This document shows, piece by piece, positions 29,373 to 33,316 of a stretch of DNA of 33,316 nt. The translations under genes and the position numbers were made by a program. The notes under the pieces were generated by a model, which saw nothing but the letters and a program-made list of their open reading frames with translations, had not been told where the DNA came from and did no database searches. The DNA comes from Stramenopiles sp. TOSAG23-6 (taxonomy: Eukaryota). Each line of letters starts with the position of its first letter. Position 1 is the stretch's first letter. The stretch spans positions 1 to 33,316 of the forward strand of contig LT635955.1 of the NCBI GenBank assembly GCA_900128565.1. Reading direction: 5' to 3'.

Positions 29373-30934
29373 ATGCCCCCTAAATCAGATCGCTATGTGA
29401 AGTTGTCAAAGGAAGATCAGGGAATTTTTGTTCCACGACCTATTGAGCAGCAAGTGAGACGAGATGCTTACAACCCAATGAGTGTTGATGACTTTCTAGA
29501 TGAATATGAGGAAAAGTATATGGACGAAGATTTTATGGCTGTTGTTGCAGATGGAAAACTTACTAATACGGAAAGGCTTAAAATGCAATTGCGTAAGGAG
29601 AACGGTAAATATAAACGGGTAAATTTAACAAGTCAAATAATGTCAAGAGCAGAAAATATAAGGGGAAAGGAGTTGCAGGAAGTTAAAAAAGAATTTAAGA
29701 TGAAAACGTTTCATGAGAAACAGAAACGTCGAATTTCTATAGCAACAACTAATGAACCATTAGCAAAAAAAATATTACGTTTTTTATCATGTGGCCCAAC
29801 ACCAGGGAAACTACCACATCCAAAAGTTCAAGCAAAATTTCTACCTAAAATTGTTCGTGCTGACTATGTACGTTTTCATCTCAATTTTTTGTCTAAATAT
29901 TTTTTTCATACGAAATTTTGTACCTAACATTTTTTTTTTTTGAAATATTTTTTCATAATCCATGACTCGGTTTCAAAGGCTTTGAAGTTCAACCAACCAG
30001 TGAATTATTGCGACAACTTGAATCGATCTGGTTTATATTTAGCAACATTCTATGGTTATACACATATAGTTCAGCTTCTTTGCGCATATAATGCTGATCC
30101 AAACATATGTGAACTTGAAAAGGAACAAAATGCAGGGCATGTGGCCGCAGAAAAAGGCTATGGTGACATTCTAGATTATTTATTAGACCGAGGTTTAGAT
30201 TTAACAATGGGAGACAAAATGGGTCTCACCCCCTTAATGCATGCAGCTAATGCGGGTCATTATAAAACATGCATAATGATGTATGTTTTATTTTTTTTTT
30301 TAAACAAAAAATCGAATTTTGTTTTCGTACGAAATTTTGTATTTAACAAAAATATTGAATGTAAAATATTTTTCAAAATACATAGTGGAATGTGATATTA
30401 AGATAGACATGGTCGATAATAGGCGGTGGACAGCCTTGCATTATGCAAGTCAAAAAGGGTTTTATAGAATCTGTAAATATTTGGCCGCGCAAGGATGTAC
30501 GTTTTCATAATGAATTTTTACGAAATTGTTTTTTCGTACTAAATTTCGTACCTAACATTTTTTTTACTAAAAAAAAAATATTTTTCACATTACATGGGAC
30601 TCATATTGTAAAGACATGAATGGGCAAACACCATTAGATATTGCAGAGATGGAGCTAGATAATATTATAAAAAGTGCGTTTCGTTGATGAATTTCAAATT
30701 AATTTTGTTTTTATACGAAATTTTGTATTAATACCTAACGAATCTCGAATCTAAAATAATGTTCACAATTTATGTACTCGAGGATTATCCCCTGAAGAAG
30801 CAAAACTTTTCAATGAGAAAAATGCAATTATGATAGAAAACTATGAAAATGTAATAAATGTGCTTAATACTGATATGACTGATTGGAGAGCAGTTGAAGA
30901 ATTAAAGAGACAAAAAGAATTAAACAATAGGTAA
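29373..30934 (+). CDS. Ankyrin-repeat protein. Exons 29373-29867, 29964-30280, 30384-30496, 30596-30673, 30774-30934
   Basis: After removing four inserts there is a continuous ORF with consecutive ankyrin repeats (RSGLYLATFYG, QNAGHVAAEKG, LTPLMHAANAGH, WTALHYASQKG, GQTPLDIA) ending at TAA 30932-30934. Confidence 0.85.
29868..29963 (+). other. Non-canonical GT-AT intron D (96 nt) in ankyrin gene
   Basis: gactAT|GTACG...cgaaattttgTACCTAAC...gaaatattttttcataatcCAT|gactcg contains an in-frame TAA and joins RAD-Y-DSVSKAL. An in-frame AAG at 29978 is possible but would delete 5 residues of the ankyrin-like helix. Confidence 0.75.
30281..30383 (+). other. Non-canonical GT-AT intron E (103 nt) in ankyrin gene
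   Basis: atgAT|GTATG...ttttcgtacgaaattttgtatttaac...aaaatatttttcaaaataCAT|agtggaa gives GHYKTCIMIVECDIKIDMVDNRRWTALH with exact ankyrin spacing. The adjacent AG (30384-30385) leads to TGA three codons later. Confidence 0.88.
30497..30595 (+). other. Non-canonical GT-AT intron F (99 nt) in ankyrin gene
   Basis: caaggAT|GTACG...tttcgTACCTAAC...aaaatatttttcacattaCAT|gggactca gives GWDSYCKDMNGQTPL, matching the spacing of G-A-D-V-N-A-K-D-x-x-G-x-T-P-L. Contains an in-frame TAA. An in-frame AG at 30613 would delete 6 residues of the repeat. Confidence 0.85.
30674..30773 (+). other. Probable GT-AT intron G (100 nt, divergent family member)
   Basis: aaaa|GTGCG...tatacgaaattttgtattaaTACCTAAC...aaaataatgttcacaattTAT|gtactcga has the same motif-to-end spacing as the other copies. 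An in-frame GAG acceptor at 30782 is an alternative. Confidence 0.65.
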
Positions 30935-31004
30935 AATATATCAATAAATTATCGTAAATTTCGAAAAAAAATTAAAAATACAAATGTCATTACAAATTAA
31001 TCTA

Positions 31005-31865
31005 TTAAATTCCCATTCCTCCAGTGACTTCTAATATTGTTCCCGTTACATAAGACGCATGAGGTGAAACCATCATTAATACACCACCTGCTGCTTCTTC
31101 TGGTGTACCAATACGTGCAAGAGGTATACTCGCAGCGATAGCTTGATCACTCGCGACAATACCACGTGACTTCGAAGGCATTCCCTGAACAACTTCTTCA
31201 CCATTCGCTAACACTACAGTTTCAATTTCTCCTTCATCTGCAGCCTGGGTCATTCGAGTATCTATCCAACCATATGCAACAGCATTACATCGAATGCCAA
31301 AGGACCCCCACTCTTTTGCGACAGTACGAGTAAGTCCTAATATAGCAGTCTTACCTGAGGCATAGTTTGCCTGACCAATACTACCATGAAGACCAGATGT
31401 AGATGATATATTGATTATACAACGATCTGCAGGGTCAATACCAGAAGATTTCTCCTGTTTTCCTATTTCACGCATATATGGAGTGGCAGCTCGGATCATC
31501 TTAAAAGGAACAGTAGCGTGCATATCAATGATAGACTGCCACTGTTCGTTACTCATTTTGTGCAACATTCCATCCCAAGTAAAACCAGCGTTGTTCACAA
31601 GTACATCCACTGAACCTTTACCAAATATAGGATTTGTTGCGGCCAATTGCATGAGTGTATCTGGGAAGTCCTCTTCTAAGACACTACCAGGAAATGCAAG
31701 TGCCTGGCCACCAGCGTTGTTAATTTCCGCAACGACTGCTTCGGCAGGTTCTTTGCTAACGTCATTGACGACAACAGACGCACCTTGTCTAGCTAATAAT
31801 TTAGCAGTTGCCGCACCAATTCCTCGACCAGCACCTGTTACTATGGCAACTTTTCCAGTGAGCAT
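31005..31865 (-). CDS. Short-chain dehydrogenase/reductase (3-oxoacyl-ACP reductase-like)
   Basis: TGAGRGIG, NNAG, catalytic S and YASGK (YxxxK), GIRCNAVAYGWIDT, IPLARIGTPEEAA. Intronless. Confidence 0.93.
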   Translation of the reverse strand: MLTGKVAIVTGAGRGIGAATAKLLARQGASVVVNDVSKEPAEAVVAEINNAGGQALAFPGSVLEEDFPDTLMQLAATNPIFGKGSVDVLVNNAGFTWDGMLHKMSNEQWQSIIDMHATVPFKMIRAATPYMREIGKQEKSSGIDPADRCIINISSTSGLHGSIGQANYASGKTAILGLTRTVAKEWGSFGIRCNAVAYGWIDTRMTQAADEGEIETVVLANGEEVVQGMPSKSRGIVASDQAIAASIPLARIGTPEEAAGGVLMMVSPHASYVTGTILEVTGGMGI

Positions 31866-32752
31866 GGCGTGCTATTCAAATGAAGGAGAAATAACAAAGA
31901 AACAGGTGTAGCGTTTTCAGTCCCACAAGTGATACTCTCTTTGTGTCAAGTTTGTTGGTGTTATGGCATATCTCTAGCAATTTTGACTCGAAGTTCGGAA
32001 CTGGTCAGTCAAAAAAAAAGATAAAAAAAAAAAGATAAAAAAAAAAGGGAAAAAGGGGGGTCATATTAGATCTTATTGCCCCCGCACCATGCGCCCGTCG
32101 CAGTATTATATGAGAGGGGTAGTCTGAATTGAGATGAAAACTGATTCGTCGTGAAACACGAAAAATTTGAATTTCTCAATTTATTGCTGCTTCCCTTTAA
32201 TTTTTGCGCTTGCAAAAAGACATTACTGATACATTTTCCGCATTGATTGCTTTTAAAGCGAGAGATGAGTGAAATCTATTAGGGTCAGTTGAAAAGCCTT
32301 CAGCACCGATGCACTGGTGATGACTGAAGCTCTGACGGAGAGTTTGTACTATTCCGCTATGCGTATTAGTATAATGCACTCAACCCGCAATGGACCTGTC
32401 GATTGAAGCCTATATGAATGTATCACTTTGATATATGAAATATTTGCATTAGATGTGATTAGACCTTGCACCGTCGGTTTATCTTGGTAAAGTGTCCACC
32501 ATATTGTTGATAATATGACTGTGTGACTACTTTTCGATGATTAGACTGAGGGAGGATTTCAGTAGGCAATTGGAAACGCATTAGTTCATGAGTATAGTCG
32601 TTTGACTGTAGTACATTAGACTGATTGCATTACAAATTACACACTGAAAGAAAACACTGGAACATTTATTAGTTTAAATATTCCTGTTTTCACAACGACT
32701 TGTGTATAGTATTGTACTTTAGTATGGTATTATATACAAGGCATATGATAGT
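31866..32752 (+). other. Spacer expected to hold the Pol I promoter and 5' ETS (and the divergent SDR promoter)
   Basis: Positional inference: non-coding DNA directly upstream of 18S. Includes an A-tract repeat (A9-GAT-A11-GAT-A10-GGG-A5-G6) at 32011-32060. Confidence 0.6.
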
Positions 32753-33316
32753 AACCTGGTTGATCCTGCCAGTAGTCATACGCTCGTCTCAAAGATTAAG
32801 CCATGCATGTGTAAGTATAAACAATTTTATACAGTGAAACTGCGAACGGCTCATTATATCAGTTATAGTTTATTTGATAATACCTTACTACTTGGATAAC
32901 CGTAGTAATTCTAGAGCTAATACATGCATTAAATTCTCTTCTTCTGGTGGAGATGCGTTTATTAGATATCAACCAACCCTTTTCGGAGGCCTTTGGTGAG
33001 TCATAATAACTGTGCGGATCGCAGAGGCCTTTGTGCCGGCGATGAATCATTCAAGTTTCTGCCCTATCAGCTTTCGATGGTAGTGTATTGGACTACCATG
33101 GCGGTGACGGGTAACGGAGAATTAGGGTTCGATTCCGGAGAGGGAGCCTGAGAAATGGCTACCACATCCAAGGAAGGCAGCAGGCGCGTAAATTACCCAA
33201 TCCCAATTCGGGGAGGTAGTGACAATAAATATCAATGCGGGGCACACAGTGTCTTGCAATTGGAATGAGTACAATTTAAATCCCTTAACGAGGATCGATT
33301 GGAGGGCAAGTCTGGT
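32753..33316 (+). rRNA. 18S rRNA: 18S (SSU) rRNA gene, 5' part (3'-truncated by window)
   Basis: Starts AACCTGGTTGATCCTGCCAGTAGTCAT, and contains conserved GATTAAGCCATGCATG, CCGGAGAGGGAGCCTGAGA, CCAAGGAAGGCAGCAGGCGCG and GAGGGCAAGTCTGGT. The CATACGCTCGTCTCAAAG variant suggests a stramenopile. Confidence 0.99.

Noticed and set aside
21386-30593. Reading the inserts as U12-type AT-AC introns (shifting the register by 2 nt gives AT...AC in five copies)
   Set aside because: The 5' end would be ATGTAYG rather than the U12 consensus ATATCCTT. Copy D would end CC and copy G would start AA. GT...AT fits all seven. Not formally excluded without lariat data.
32859-33050. 63-aa minus-strand ORF
   Set aside because: Lies within the 18S rRNA gene.

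Overview
Gene-dense, AT-rich eukaryotic (probably stramenopile, judged from the 18S 5' end) genomic window, standard genetic code. It carries about 10 protein-coding genes: a 5'-truncated Trp-repeat (Sfi1-like) coiled-coil protein, ALYREF/THOC4, PP2A B55 subunit, an LRR protein split at an N-rich junction, a 2300-aa LRR/ankyrin/IQ/EF-hand protein, a secreted Cys-rich protein, a CHD chromatin remodeller with RAMA and TFIIS-N domains, a CDPK, an ankyrin-repeat protein and an SDR. It ends in the 5' part of an 18S rRNA gene. The main discovery is a family of seven related 91-107 nt inserts (three in the CHD gene, four in the ankyrin gene, plus a possible garbled eighth copy). They start GTAYG/GTGCG, mostly carry a TACCTAAC branch-point-like motif and internal palindromes, and end in YAT instead of YAG. 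Removing them as GT-AT introns exactly restores conserved motifs (ILADEMGLGKT, chromodomain HEESTWE, 33-aa ankyrin spacing), which canonical GT-AG splicing cannot do for the best cases. Six of seven follow an exonic AT, giving an AT direct repeat. This suggests an introner-like family of non-canonical GT-AT introns. I found no unambiguous GT-AG intron in the window.
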